Assembly: GCA_021734945.1 (NCBI GenBank)
Contig: JAIPIA010000002.1
Span: forward strand, 194,829-258,828
Source: Minisyncoccota bacterium
GTDB taxonomy: Bacteria; Patescibacteriota; Minisyncoccia; Phycocordibacterales; CAIZLB01
Length of the DNA: 64,000 nucleotides
Reading direction: 5' to 3'
Shown here: in pieces, positions 19,461 through 29,663 of the stretch
How positions within the stretch are numbered: the first letter of the stretch is position 1
How the letters are laid out: each line of letters starts with the position of its first letter
Translations under genes and position numbers: made by a program
Notes under the pieces: generated by a model
Databases searched by the model: none
Told to the model about the DNA's origin: nothing
Seen by the model: only the letters and a program-made list of their open reading frames with translations

Positions 19461-20951
19461 CTACTCAAGCACTACTGTCTCACCTTCTTCAGGATGGACA
19501 GCATTTACACCAAGATAGTCTCGAAGTCGCTGCGCTAAAAACAAAGATGATTTAGTCTCTCCCATTACTACGAATACTTTTTTGACTGTTGTGGCAGTGT
19601 CTTCCACAAAAGTGACTAGATGGTCCGAATCTTTGTGAGATGAATATCCATCAATTTTTTCTAGTCTTGCTCGGACATGTATCCTAGTTCCCATTATCTC
19701 TACATCTTTTGTGCCCTCTTGAATCACACGTCCTAATGTTCCCACAGCTTGGTATCCAATAAAAACTATAGTGTTGTTTGGGTCACCAAGATAATTTAAT
19801 TCATGATGTTGAATTCTACCTCCATTGGACATACCTGACCCTGCCATAATGATTTTTGCACCCGGTTCTCTAAAAATATTTTTTGATTCCTCTGCATTTT
19901 GGATCACATGCAAACCAGGGAAAGAGAATATATCATGGTGATGACCTTTGCGCGCATCAGCTTGAGCTGACTGATTGAAGTCAGCGATCATAGTTTTATA
20001 AATATCGGTTAACTTAATTGCCAAAGGCGAATCAAAATACACGTTTGTTCTAGGAAGCTTATTTTCATCAAAAAGTTTGTGGATTTCAAAAAGTATTTCT
20101 TGAGCTTTTTCAAGAGAAAAAATAGGCAGCAAAAGAACACCATTTCGAGCGTGATTGTCTTTAATAATGTTGCAGAGCTTCTCAATACGATGCTCTCTAT
20201 CTTCATGATTCTTGTCACCGTAGACACTTTCCATAAGGAGGTAATCTGCATCAGTAATAGGTTCAGTGTCTCTAAGAAGAGGTGTCGGACTGTTTCCAAG
20301 ATCGCCTGTAAACACAATCTTTCTTTTTTTGTCTTCCCCTTCAGCTGTATATGTTACTTCGAACATACATGAACCGAGCACGTGACCTGAATCTTTTAAA
20401 TACACAGAATATCCTGGTGATAATTGATGATTTTGGTGATATGGGATTGTTTGCCAAAGTCTAAAAGATTCTGACACATCCTCTTCTTCATACAAAGGAG
20501 GCACTCCATTACGCAGAGCACTCTGCGTTGTGAGCTTTAAGGCATCTGCCAACATAACTACTGCAAGCTTTTTTGTTTCTGGTGTTGAATAAATTACCCC
20601 TTTAAAACCATCACGAACAAGCTTTGGTACTCTACCTATGTGATCCATATGTGCATGGGTAATCAATAAAACATCAGCATTTATTGGATTATACAAAAAA
20701 TCTTTATGATTGTTTAAATCTGCGTCATGAGTACCTTGCTCCAATCCACAATCCACAAGTATTGAGAAAGTATCTTTATGTTGAATTTGAGCGGTAGAAT
20801 CTGCAATGCTCTGTGACACTGACTCTGCTTCATTTCTACTATTTTTTAGTAGTGGTCCTGTCAAAAGAAAGTTTGCACCAGTTACTGAGCCAACTCCCCC
20901 ACAAAAAGTAAGCTTTAATTTTTCTATTTTTGATTTGGTATTTTTTTCCAT
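19461..20951 (-). CDS. Metallo-beta-lactamase/beta-CASP ribonuclease
   Basis: THAHMDHIG, GHVLGS, FTGDLG, MESVYG, YSSHKD. Confidence 0.92.
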   Translation of the reverse strand: MEKNTKSKIEKLKLTFCGGVGSVTGANFLLTGPLLKNSRNEAESVSQSIADSTAQIQHKDTFSILVDCGLEQGTHDADLNNHKDFLYNPINADVLLITHAHMDHIGRVPKLVRDGFKGVIYSTPETKKLAVVMLADALKLTTQSALRNGVPPLYEEEDVSESFRLWQTIPYHQNHQLSPGYSVYLKDSGHVLGSCMFEVTYTAEGEDKKRKIVFTGDLGNSPTPLLRDTEPITDADYLLMESVYGDKNHEDREHRIEKLCNIIKDNHARNGVLLLPIFSLEKAQEILFEIHKLFDENKLPRTNVYFDSPLAIKLTDIYKTMIADFNQSAQADARKGHHHDIFSFPGLHVIQNAEESKNIFREPGAKIIMAGSGMSNGGRIQHHELNYLGDPNNTIVFIGYQAVGTLGRVIQEGTKDVEIMGTRIHVRARLEKIDGYSSHKDSDHLVTFVEDTATTVKKVFVVMGETKSSLFLAQRLRDYLGVNAVHPEEGETVVLE

Positions 20952-21298
20952 ATGTATATTGATATAAAACCTCCAATAGTGTCATCTAATAAGTCCTTAA
21001 CTGTGTCTATCCAATACCAAAAATTTAAAGTGTCTACTCTAAAATATACCTCTAAAATCTCCCACGATATACCGACAGCCATCACTCCTATAAAAGTATA
21101 CAGTAAAGTTTCTTTTAGACTAAGATATCTCAGAAAAACAAGAGTAAAAAGACCTGCCATTATTCCTCCCAGAATATGCATCGGTACATCTACCCATTTA
21201 TATGTCCAATATAGATATAGATTGAACGCAAGCATATGCACTGCTATCACAGATCCAGCAAACAATAGTGCAAAATAGAAACGTGCGTGATTACTCAT
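20924..21298 (-). CDS. Small integral membrane protein
   Basis: DVPMHILGG..WEILE..DTVKDLLDD; 3-4 TM segments. Confidence 0.7.
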   Translation of the reverse strand: MSNHARFYFALLFAGSVIAVHMLAFNLYLYWTYKWVDVPMHILGGIMAGLFTLVFLRYLSLKETLLYTFIGVMAVGISWEILEVYFRVDTLNFWYWIDTVKDLLDDTIGGFISIYIWKKIPNQK

Positions 21299-21470
21299 AT
21301 GACTAATATTATACAGGACTATAAAGTTAGGTCGAATATGCCATGTGTTCTATAAATATGGTGAAATGCTAAAGAAACGCTAGAAAATAGACTCACTTCG
21401 TATATTTTCGTCACTTACTCAGAAATGGAAATGCGGAGCACTTCCATTTCATTCACTGCGCTAGAAAATA

Positions 21471-21497
21471 AAAACACCCACCATTTCTGGTGAGTTT
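21471..21497 (-). terminator. Intrinsic terminator of the putative 6S RNA
   Basis: Minus strand ACTCACCA-GAAA-TGGTGGGT then GTTTTT. Confidence 0.7.
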
Positions 21498-21503
21498 CTT
21501 TAT

Positions 21504-21627
21504 AAGGCACCCTGCGTATCAAACCTAGACTTTAACCTAGGGTGGGTTCTCTGTGTATGAGACCAAGGTCACATACAACTCGAGATCCCTGATTTAATGT
21601 ATTGAAGTTGATACTACAAGACACCTT
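21504..21627 (-). ncRNA. ssrS: Probable 6S RNA (short, ~124 nt)
   Basis: Closing stem AAGGTGTCTTGTAGTATCAA/TTGATACGCAGGGTGCCTT with G-U pairs; central bubble with 3' hairpin; inner stem GGGATCTC/GAGAACCC; apical stem; TATAAT at 21639-21634; own terminator. Confidence 0.62.
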
Positions 21628-21700
21628 GAATTCATTATATACCTCTCTTTTATTTTGTGAGCTTTACATACTCACTGTGTGCGTTTCGTAATTATTTTTA

Positions 21701-22327
21701 CTATCCTAAAATATCCTTCATATCAGGCGCATAAAGAATTTCGTCAGAAATGATTGAGTAATCCACAAGTTCTTCATCTTTGAACCAATGTTTTATCTCA
21801 TCTTCTGCTTCTTTGACTGTACCAGAAGCGTGCACGAGATTTCTTATTGAACGATTGTCAATTTCAGACATCTGATATGAATCAAGTACATAGTCTCCTC
21901 GAATTGTACCTACATCAGAAGTAAGAGGTTCAGTTCCCCCAGTTATTTTTCGTACAATTTTTACAGCATGTGCACCTTGCCATACCATAGCAATAACTGG
22001 ACCTGAAGTAAGATACTTTTCAAGTCTATTTAAAATATCATTCGCAATCGCGAGAGGGTCTGTAGTAGGAGGAATCTGACCTTTGTCTACAAAACCCTTT
22101 ATACTCTTCTCCCCCACAGCTTGCATCCACCCTGCATCAAGAGTGTAATGCTGTCGAACCATGTCAGCGGTTGGGATCATGAGTTTCATTCCAACGAGCT
22201 TCAGACCAATTCGCTCATATCTACCAATTATTTCACCAATAAGAGTTCGCTGGATACCGTCTGGCTTGATAATAACAAATGTTCTTTCGTTTTTATGATG
22301 TGTTGGTGTTGATGATGTATGCGTCAT
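21701..22327 (-). CDS. ndk: Nucleoside diphosphate kinase
   Basis: ERTFVIIKPDG, GTIRGD, RNLVHASG. Confidence 0.95.
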   Translation of the reverse strand: MTHTSSTPTHHKNERTFVIIKPDGIQRTLIGEIIGRYERIGLKLVGMKLMIPTADMVRQHYTLDAGWMQAVGEKSIKGFVDKGQIPPTTDPLAIANDILNRLEKYLTSGPVIAMVWQGAHAVKIVRKITGGTEPLTSDVGTIRGDYVLDSYQMSEIDNRSIRNLVHASGTVKEAEDEIKHWFKDEELVDYSIISDEILYAPDMKDILG

Positions 22328-22352
22328 GCGACTACTATAACATGTTTGTTTA

Positions 22353-25300
22353 CTAAATCTGAGTTGATTGTTGAGGCTGTTGATTTGGTAGAGGTTTCGC
22401 CAATGGCGCAGCAGAAAACGCCGTAGAAGCTGCTGGTTTAGGCGCCATAGGTGGCATACCAAAAACAGATGCTGTTCCAGATGGACTTTGAGATGCAGGC
22501 GCCACAGCAGGTTCCTTCTTATATTTTTCCATAATCAAATCCTCAACGAGCGAACGATCCTGACCATACTTAAGGTATGAAAGTTCTTTTAGGTTTTCAA
22601 CCATATCTGGATTACCCTTACTTGGCCATGTAAATTCTACGTTGAATGGGCGGACGGGCTTACCTCCTGAAAGCATCTTTACATAACAATTCATATTATC
22701 AATATTCATAATATCGTTTGAGGTAAACACGGGCTCAAACTGCTTCTCTAGGAACTCCGCGTCTTCTGCACCCACTCGGAACACACTCATATTTCCTACG
22801 TTTCCAAAGACTGCATCTTTAATTTTTTCATCTAGCTGAGCAATAAACTGGTGAGCCATTGTGAGGGAAAGTTTGTATTTTCGTGCCTCAGAAAGAATAG
22901 TCGAAATAGATGGAGTTGTGATGTTTTGGAATTCATCTATATATAGATAAAATGGCGCCATATCTTTTCCAAATGAGTCCACTCTCGATAGAGCTGCCAT
23001 CAAAATTTTACCTACAAGGATAAGCCCGATAAGTGATGAGTTAATATCACCCAATCGCCCCTTTGCAAGATTTACCAACAAAATCTTTTTTGAATCCATT
23101 ATTTCTCGAAAATTGAAACTAGATTTTTCCTGCGCGATGATAGGTCGCATAATATCGTTTGCCAAGAACACATCGAACTTACTTGTGATATATGGCACCA
23201 TGTTCTGGAGTGAACCCTCCCCTCCTGCTTTCTCAGCAATATCTTTCCAGAATTGAACAACGATAGGATTTTTACATCGAGCAATCTTCATATCTCGGAA
23301 ACTCTTCACGGCCATTACTCGAGAGACATCAAGAAGCGTACATCCACTATCAGGATCCTCGATCACAAGCATTGTGGCATTTCGGAAATATTGTTCGAAC
23401 ATCGGACCCATAGATTCTGGCACACCACCGTAGAGTTTTTGGAAAATACTAAAGAGTTCGTTCACCACGAATGTTTTTTGTTCTGGATAGTCTCGATTAT
23501 ATTCGAGCATGTTCAAAGACATAGGCCGCTCAACATGACTTGGATCAAAGTAAATAACATCCTCGTATCTCTCTTTTGGAATATGAGCAAGAATATCCTG
23601 TACATCTGATCCGTGTGGGTCAATAAAACACACACCATCACCGTTGTTGATGTCCTGCATAATCATATTTCGAAGCATTGTAGATTTACCAGTTCCTGTC
23701 TGACCAATAACATAGAAGTGTCGAAGTCTATCTTCTGGCGTCACATATATAGGTGTATCTATATTTCGGTGTTTGTTTGTTCCGAGAAAAAGATTTTGTT
23801 TTGTGAGACCATCATGTCCTGTTATCATAGCGCCTGGTAAACCTAATGGAGCTGGAGCACTACCAGCTTTTGATTGTTTGAGTTGATGAGCGCCCGCGAC
23901 AGCCTCTGTCGGAAAGTGCATGATGGTTGTGAGTTCACGTGTTGAAATAGCTAAAGAATGAGACTTATCAAACAAACGATATGAATAGTTGTGAGTAAGC
24001 TCAGCAAGTGCAAAATCTTTTACTCGTTCAAATTTGAGTGCGTTTCCGAGAGAATTTTCAAATTGACCAAACGCAGATTCAATACCTGAAATAATATCTT
24101 CTGCTCGCGGACGACTTTCTGCAGATACTAGAACACGAATATTACTTTCAATAACAGGCGTCTGAATTTTTGTTGTAATTTGTTCTACAGCAATTGAATC
24201 AATGACTTTCGGCTCTTCTTTCTTCTCTTTATCACCTTTTGTGATTTCTTTATAAGTCTCTTTCGTCAATTCTTTGAATCCTTTTGTAAAATTACCCCAG
24301 AGAGTATGTCGTATATCTGTAGCCTTTTTGACAGCATCTCCTTTCTGAATAGCATCCAAAGCCTCTTTGTACTGTTTATTATAATAATCCCCCGCAGGAT
24401 TAAGCATAATCTGAATAGCTGCACCTTCACCATCTTTTTGAATTTTTGAAAGTGCGTTTAAAATAACGTTAAGTGGATCATAATCAAACTGCTCATATGT
24501 TTTTATTGGGAATATTTCGCGCCGAACTTGCTTTGCCGTTGAGCCGACTGAAATGCCTTCTTCATTAAAAATATTGTAATTATCTTTCTTCTCAGCGAGT
24601 TTTGCATTTGGAAAAATAGAGAGAAATTGTTTCTCAAAAATATCTCGCTTTTGGTCAGGTACTGCAACATAAAAAACAAACTCTTCCCCGCCGTTAGATA
24701 CAGCGAGCTCAATAGAAAACTGATTTTCAACCAAATCCGTACCATATGAAGCCTTTCCTCCTGTAGAAACAGAAAGCATACCAGCATAAAACTGTTCCAT
24801 CGATGAGATAAGTTCTTTGAGGTTTTTTCGCTTTTCATCAGCATCACCTTTTGGTTCAGGTAACGCTACTTCATACAAAGTTTGTTTGAGAGCTTTTGCA
24901 ACAGGTAATGTTTCTTTGAGTCCAGTGTACGGATATCCTTTTTTCAAATATTCAACAAGGAATCTATGAAAATCCCCATCTATATGAGGACTATTCATTC
25001 CTCGTGCAACTTGAATAGCATTAAGTACACCCTTTTCTTGCATAACCTCCATAAGACCCTCCATTCTTTTGTCATGCATTTCAGGCGCCAAGTCCAAGAT
25101 GATTTCCCATTGTTCCTGCGCAGGCATTTTGTAATGTTCGTGAAGTACCCTATCAGCATTCTGAACACTATAGTCTGCAATTTCTGAATCTATAATATTT
25201 GCCCGTTCCTGTTGACGAGCTTCAGACTCTGGATGTGATGTAAGATTTTGCTCTCGACTTTGTACTACTGTACGCAAATAGTCGAGCTCTTCTTGGAGTG

Positions 25301-25406
25301 ATGCAAATTGTTTACCTTCATATACGCCTGAGGGTTTTGCTTCTGTAGAGACACCAGATTGTGACTGTGCCTGCGATTGTACTTCTCTGAATTTTTCTTG
25401 TTCCAT
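22353..25406 (-). CDS. Large T4SS coupling protein/VirB4/HerA-like ATPase
   Basis: HFYVIGQTGTGKS, FIDPHG, YIDEFQN, EARKYKLSLTMAHQ. Confidence 0.85.
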   Translation of the reverse strand: MEQEKFREVQSQAQSQSGVSTEAKPSGVYEGKQFASLQEELDYLRTVVQSREQNLTSHPESEARQQERANIIDSEIADYSVQNADRVLHEHYKMPAQEQWEIILDLAPEMHDKRMEGLMEVMQEKGVLNAIQVARGMNSPHIDGDFHRFLVEYLKKGYPYTGLKETLPVAKALKQTLYEVALPEPKGDADEKRKNLKELISSMEQFYAGMLSVSTGGKASYGTDLVENQFSIELAVSNGGEEFVFYVAVPDQKRDIFEKQFLSIFPNAKLAEKKDNYNIFNEEGISVGSTAKQVRREIFPIKTYEQFDYDPLNVILNALSKIQKDGEGAAIQIMLNPAGDYYNKQYKEALDAIQKGDAVKKATDIRHTLWGNFTKGFKELTKETYKEITKGDKEKKEEPKVIDSIAVEQITTKIQTPVIESNIRVLVSAESRPRAEDIISGIESAFGQFENSLGNALKFERVKDFALAELTHNYSYRLFDKSHSLAISTRELTTIMHFPTEAVAGAHQLKQSKAGSAPAPLGLPGAMITGHDGLTKQNLFLGTNKHRNIDTPIYVTPEDRLRHFYVIGQTGTGKSTMLRNMIMQDINNGDGVCFIDPHGSDVQDILAHIPKERYEDVIYFDPSHVERPMSLNMLEYNRDYPEQKTFVVNELFSIFQKLYGGVPESMGPMFEQYFRNATMLVIEDPDSGCTLLDVSRVMAVKSFRDMKIARCKNPIVVQFWKDIAEKAGGEGSLQNMVPYITSKFDVFLANDIMRPIIAQEKSSFNFREIMDSKKILLVNLAKGRLGDINSSLIGLILVGKILMAALSRVDSFGKDMAPFYLYIDEFQNITTPSISTILSEARKYKLSLTMAHQFIAQLDEKIKDAVFGNVGNMSVFRVGAEDAEFLEKQFEPVFTSNDIMNIDNMNCYVKMLSGGKPVRPFNVEFTWPSKGNPDMVENLKELSYLKYGQDRSLVEDLIMEKYKKEPAVAPASQSPSGTASVFGMPPMAPKPAASTAFSAAPLAKPLPNQQPQQSTQI

Positions 25407-25487
25407 ACTTCACATATTATACAGCGAGATACGAACAGCGTGAAGTTTTTCGAAGAATTTTATTCGTACATATACTTATTAATCTTT

Positions 25488-25928
25488 CTAATGGTCTTTT
25501 TTCTTTGCACTAATTTTCAAAGTTTTTCTCATACTCTTTTCCTCACTCTTTCGAGACGATTGAGCTGTACCCTTATGGTTCCTAGGATATGTAGGTAAAT
25601 ATTCCTCCAGAAGTGCCACTTTGTTCGCAAGAGTCATTTCTTTTTGTTCAAAAGCACCGTGTTCTCGATCGCACTTTTCCCAAGTCATATCAACCTTTTC
25701 GACTACAGTCGCTAGTCTCCATTGATATTCACCTGCAAGGACTGACATATGACGGACAACATCAGCATTGAATTCTTCTCTCTGCTTTTTGAGTAATTTC
25801 TCATAGAACTCTTCCATATCCTGGCGAAACTGATATCGCTGGATCTCTGACTCTCTTCTGAGTTCATTAATAAGAACAACCCTAGAATCTTCAAGCTCTC
25901 TATGAAGTTGTTCCGGTGTTATATGCAT
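25488..25928 (-). CDS. Hypothetical coiled-coil protein
   Basis: 146 aa, Glu/Lys/Arg-rich helical pattern. Confidence 0.6.
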   Translation of the reverse strand: MHITPEQLHRELEDSRVVLINELRRESEIQRYQFRQDMEEFYEKLLKKQREEFNADVVRHMSVLAGEYQWRLATVVEKVDMTWEKCDREHGAFEQKEMTLANKVALLEEYLPTYPRNHKGTAQSSRKSEEKSMRKTLKISAKKKDH

Positions 25929-26137
25929 GCTCGCATAATATCACTCAGACATGAAGCGAAGTTCAAAAAGTTCTAAAGAAACTTGTGAATAAGTCATTTT
26001 TGGAGCCTTATATAAGTGTAGAAATATACAATAAAAATTAGTAGTGGGAAGTTGTCGGAGATGGAAATTTTAAATTTTACAAATAGTTTACGGATAGAAT
26101 AAAATCTTTTTCAGGCCAAAAATTATTCACCATCAAG

Positions 26138-26980
26138 CTAAACCTCCGTCAAAATTTCTGCACCCTCCTCTGTAATCACAATAGTATGTTCAAAGTGAAC
26201 ACTTCTCTTTCCATCTTTAGTCTTAATTGTATAACCATCAGTATCTAGGAAAATATTTGCTTTGCCTTCGTTTAGAATAGGCTCGATTGCAACAACACTA
26301 CCTGGAACAAGTACAGGACCCTGCCCTTTTTTACCAAAATTCGGAATGAATGGATCCTCGTGAACTGAAAAACCTACACCGTGTCCACCGAGATATTCTG
26401 CCATATGAAAACCGTATTTCTTTTTATAAAATTCATTAGCCTTTTCTATTTCAGCACCAATATCCCCTGTCTTGATTCCCTTTGGATATTCTTTTCGCCA
26501 ATTCTTACACGCTTCCATTGCAGCATCCAAACATTCACGTCCAGCTTGTAGAAGTTTTCTACCTTTCTCATCTGTCTTATCTTCACCTCCAGCACAAACC
26601 GTAATAGCACTATCAACAATTCTGCCTTTATAAGAAACACCCATATCGAGTGTAACTAGATCACCAGGCAATATCACTCGAATCTTTTCATTTGGAATAC
26701 CGTGTACAACTACGTCATTTATAGAGAGAACCAACGCTGCTGGAAATGGTCGATCAGCTCCCTCAGGGGTATATCCTAAGAATGCAGGAGTAGCCCCAGC
26801 TTCAGCTGTGAGCTTTCGAGCAAGGTTTTCGAGGTCGAGAGACGAGACCGTCTTACCCTCAGGTGCGTCGGACGAAAAAGCAGACTGCACTTCAGCATCC
26901 AAAGCAGCTAGAATATTAGCCAGGATTTTGCCTGCCTGTCGTAAGATTTCTATGTCCTGTTTTGACTTAGTTTGTAACAT
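26138..26980 (-). CDS. map: Methionine aminopeptidase type I
   Basis: SINDVVVHGIP, LDMG, GHGVG..HEDP, AIEP, HFEHT. Confidence 0.96.
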   Translation of the reverse strand: MLQTKSKQDIEILRQAGKILANILAALDAEVQSAFSSDAPEGKTVSSLDLENLARKLTAEAGATPAFLGYTPEGADRPFPAALVLSINDVVVHGIPNEKIRVILPGDLVTLDMGVSYKGRIVDSAITVCAGGEDKTDEKGRKLLQAGRECLDAAMEACKNWRKEYPKGIKTGDIGAEIEKANEFYKKKYGFHMAEYLGGHGVGFSVHEDPFIPNFGKKGQGPVLVPGSVVAIEPILNEGKANIFLDTDGYTIKTKDGKRSVHFEHTIVITEEGAEILTEV

Positions 26981-27038
26981 TACTGATACTGTACCTCTAA
27001 TTCGATTTTATTTCCACCCAACCTTCATAGTATAAGAA

Positions 27039-27647
27039 TTACCAATTCAACCCTTTTGTAATAGCTTGCGTCACTTGATCGATAGTCTGCTCACCATTTA
27101 CGTGCACGAAGTTATATCCTGGAGCTTTTTCGAAATATTTGAGAGCTGGCAATACGTCAGTATCAAACCAATTTAGGCGTCGTTCTATTTGCTCCAAACT
27201 TGAGTCGTCTTTTCGTCCTTCGATTTTACTACGAGTAAACAAATGCTTCTTTGACCATTCTCGACTTACATCAATATGTATAACGATCGGTTTGGCGCGA
27301 TTGTAAAAAGAGATAGCAGAATCAAATACGAGTGCTTCTTCGTATGAACGTGGCATACCATCCACAATGAGATGCTCCTCTCCTGTCATTTCCTCTATAA
27401 GTACATGTGCCCAATTCCACACAGCGAGAAAATCTGGTTGTCGTCCGCCTGTATCAGTAATATATGAGGCAAGCTTGTTTGTATATCCAGGAAGTTTAAT
27501 AAATTCCCGAAATCGTGGACCTGTTTCGAGGTACATGATTTTTCTTTTTTCGTTATCCATCTTTTCAATATATTCACGCAGAATTTTTGCTTGAGTTCCC
27601 TTTCCACATCCTGAACGTCCTATGAAAATAAAAGTCTTTGGTTGCAT
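27039..27647 (-). CDS. adk: Adenylate kinase
   Basis: GRSGCGKGTQA, VDGMPRS, GRKDD; upstream of map. Confidence 0.9.
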   Translation of the reverse strand: MQPKTFIFIGRSGCGKGTQAKILREYIEKMDNEKRKIMYLETGPRFREFIKLPGYTNKLASYITDTGGRQPDFLAVWNWAHVLIEEMTGEEHLIVDGMPRSYEEALVFDSAISFYNRAKPIVIHIDVSREWSKKHLFTRSKIEGRKDDSSLEQIERRLNWFDTDVLPALKYFEKAPGYNFVHVNGEQTIDQVTQAITKGLNW

Positions 27648-27762
27648 TGTTATTTTTGAGTAATTTGTTTAACGAAAATATGCTAAATAAACTTATTTGT
27701 AAAATAATTATATCACACCAATGATGCCGACCTCGGTTGTGATGCGAGGTCGGTGTGGGAAA

Positions 27763-27951
27763 TTAATTTCGAGAAACATGCACTGATAGTTTTTTCTTTC
27801 CGGCGAGAGAAAGTTTTCTATCAGAGATAAGAGATTGAAACGCAGCTCCCTTTGGCGCCCAAAACATTTCTTGTTCTAGTTTCTTGAGATAGATCCCCAT
27901 TTCGCGCCGAGACATAAATGAATCGACATACGCCATATGTGCAAGACTCAT
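27763..27951 (-). CDS. Possible small hypothetical protein
   Basis: 62 aa ORF with TATAAT upstream and a GC hairpin just downstream. Confidence 0.35.
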   Translation of the reverse strand: MSLAHMAYVDSFMSRREMGIYLKKLEQEMFWAPKGAAFQSLISDRKLSLAGKKKLSVHVSRN

Positions 27952-28014
27952 ATTCAGAATGGAAGGTTCAAAACTTCCAACCTAATTATACCATTTATCT
28001 ATTAAATCAAAATT

Positions 28015-28578
28015 CTATAAAATTTCTTTTGGTAGAGACTGCAGATACAAAGCAGTACAAAAAGTGATAACCGCCATTGGAATAAACACTGATTCGTAAC
28101 CATAATATTTAATAGCAAATCCTCCTGTTACTGAAGCGAGTCCTGAGGCTATAGAAGTGAGACCTTCCCATCCTCCCCAATCAGAAATTGCCTGTTCCTC
28201 TGAAGTGTGTTTTGTAAACATCGCATCATATGAAGGATTAACTAGAGCAATAGAGATACCAATCAAAATTTGGACTATTATTAAATCAAAAAAGCTGGTA
28301 ATGAAAAGAAACAGGACAAAAGCAAAAGAACGAAGAAACAAACCGCCTATCATTATTCTTCTTTTTTGATGAATAGTTGATTCCCAAGACCTAAAAAGTA
28401 AAATCATCAAACCTGAAACAATCGAAAAAACTGCCCAGGAAGCTCCTGCTATTTCGATTCCTCCACCTAGTTTTCCGACGAACAGTGCATAAAAGGGTGC
28501 AAAAAGACCTGTAAGAAAAGTAAGGAGAGTACTCACGGTTATAAGAATTCGTATACTTTTTTTGTGAATTTGTTCCAT
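28015..28578 (-). CDS. Half-size (~6 TM) MFS-like transporter
   Basis: GLFAPFYALFV..AGASWAVFSIVSG..VQILIGISIALVNPSYDA..GGFAIKYYGYESVF. Confidence 0.75.
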   Translation of the reverse strand: MEQIHKKSIRILITVSTLLTFLTGLFAPFYALFVGKLGGGIEIAGASWAVFSIVSGLMILLFRSWESTIHQKRRIMIGGLFLRSFAFVLFLFITSFFDLIIVQILIGISIALVNPSYDAMFTKHTSEEQAISDWGGWEGLTSIASGLASVTGGFAIKYYGYESVFIPMAVITFCTALYLQSLPKEIL

Positions 28579-28666
28579 ATTTTTTGATTTGATGTAACTT
28601 TTGGTCGATACTTTTATTTATTTTGCTAACAATGTCATTTTGACATTGCACCAAGTACGAACTGTA

Positions 28667-29485
28667 TTATTCTAGTGCTCCCAAAAACACTTTTTTAAAT
28701 ATTCCGCTATCTACTATATCTTGTCCTTTCCCTTCTGCCACAACCTTTCCCTTATCAAGTACATAAGCTCGATCTACAATTGGTAAAAGAGATTTTAGAT
28801 TATGTTCAACGACGACTATTGCCATACCTTTTTTCTGATTGATTTCGTGAATTTTTTCAAAAACTTCTTGTACTACTTTTGGAGCAAGCCCGAGTGATGG
28901 TTCGTCGAGAAGAAGTATTCGAGGGTCTGTTATGAGACCTCGTGCAATAGCAACCATTTGTTGTTGTCCACCAGAAAGCTCTCGTGACTTTTGCTTGAGT
29001 TTAGAACGCAATGCAGGAAAAAGACCAAGAACCTCTTCGACTCGTTCTTTTAGAACACTTTTATCTTTGAGTGTGATACCACCAATTTCCAAATTTTCTT
29101 TTACAGTCAAATTTCCAAATACACGCTTCCCTTGTGGAACAAGGGTAATACCCATAGGCACCATATGATGAGGCTGACGTAATTCCTCACTGATTTTATT
29201 TTGTCGCCAATAAACACCGCTATCAGTATTACCGTTATTTTTGCGATTAAGATTTTCTAAACTTTTTTCTAAATTTTCATGATGTTCACTCGAGACAATA
29301 GGAGCAAGACCAAAAATTGCTTTAAGGATAGTAGACTTACCAGCGCCATTTGGACCCATAAGAGCAACAACCTCACCCTCTTTGAAATGAACATTCACGG
29401 AATCTAGAGCCTTTACTCCGCCATAGGTAACACTCACATTTTTGAGCTCGATGAGAGTTTCACTTTCGTTAGAACTTTTAGTCAT
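28667..29485 (-). CDS. livF: Branched-chain amino acid ABC transporter ATP-binding subunit (LivF-like)
   Basis: GPNGAGKS, VPQGKRVF, LSGGQQQM, LDEPSLGLAP. Confidence 0.9.
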   Translation of the reverse strand: MTKSSNESETLIELKNVSVTYGGVKALDSVNVHFKEGEVVALMGPNGAGKSTILKAIFGLAPIVSSEHHENLEKSLENLNRKNNGNTDSGVYWRQNKISEELRQPHHMVPMGITLVPQGKRVFGNLTVKENLEIGGITLKDKSVLKERVEEVLGLFPALRSKLKQKSRELSGGQQQMVAIARGLITDPRILLLDEPSLGLAPKVVQEVFEKIHEINQKKGMAIVVVEHNLKSLLPIVDRAYVLDKGKVVAEGKGQDIVDSGIFKKVFLGALE

Positions 29486-29663
29486 ATAGATTTAATACCC
29501 TAAGTATACAATAAAAGATACTCTATCCCATGGCACCTGTACAAAACATCACCTCAGAGTATACTTCGATTCTAGATACCCTATGGTATTCCCTTGTCAG
29601 AAAATCAGCTCACATCCACCCTTCAGTCACCCCCCCCACATCAACTCAGTACCTAATAGTCCT

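Noticed and set aside
22353-25406. Conjugative element around the T4CP/VirB4-like ATPase
   Set aside because: No relaxase, integrase or other T4SS genes nearby; solitary copies are common in CPR chromosomes.
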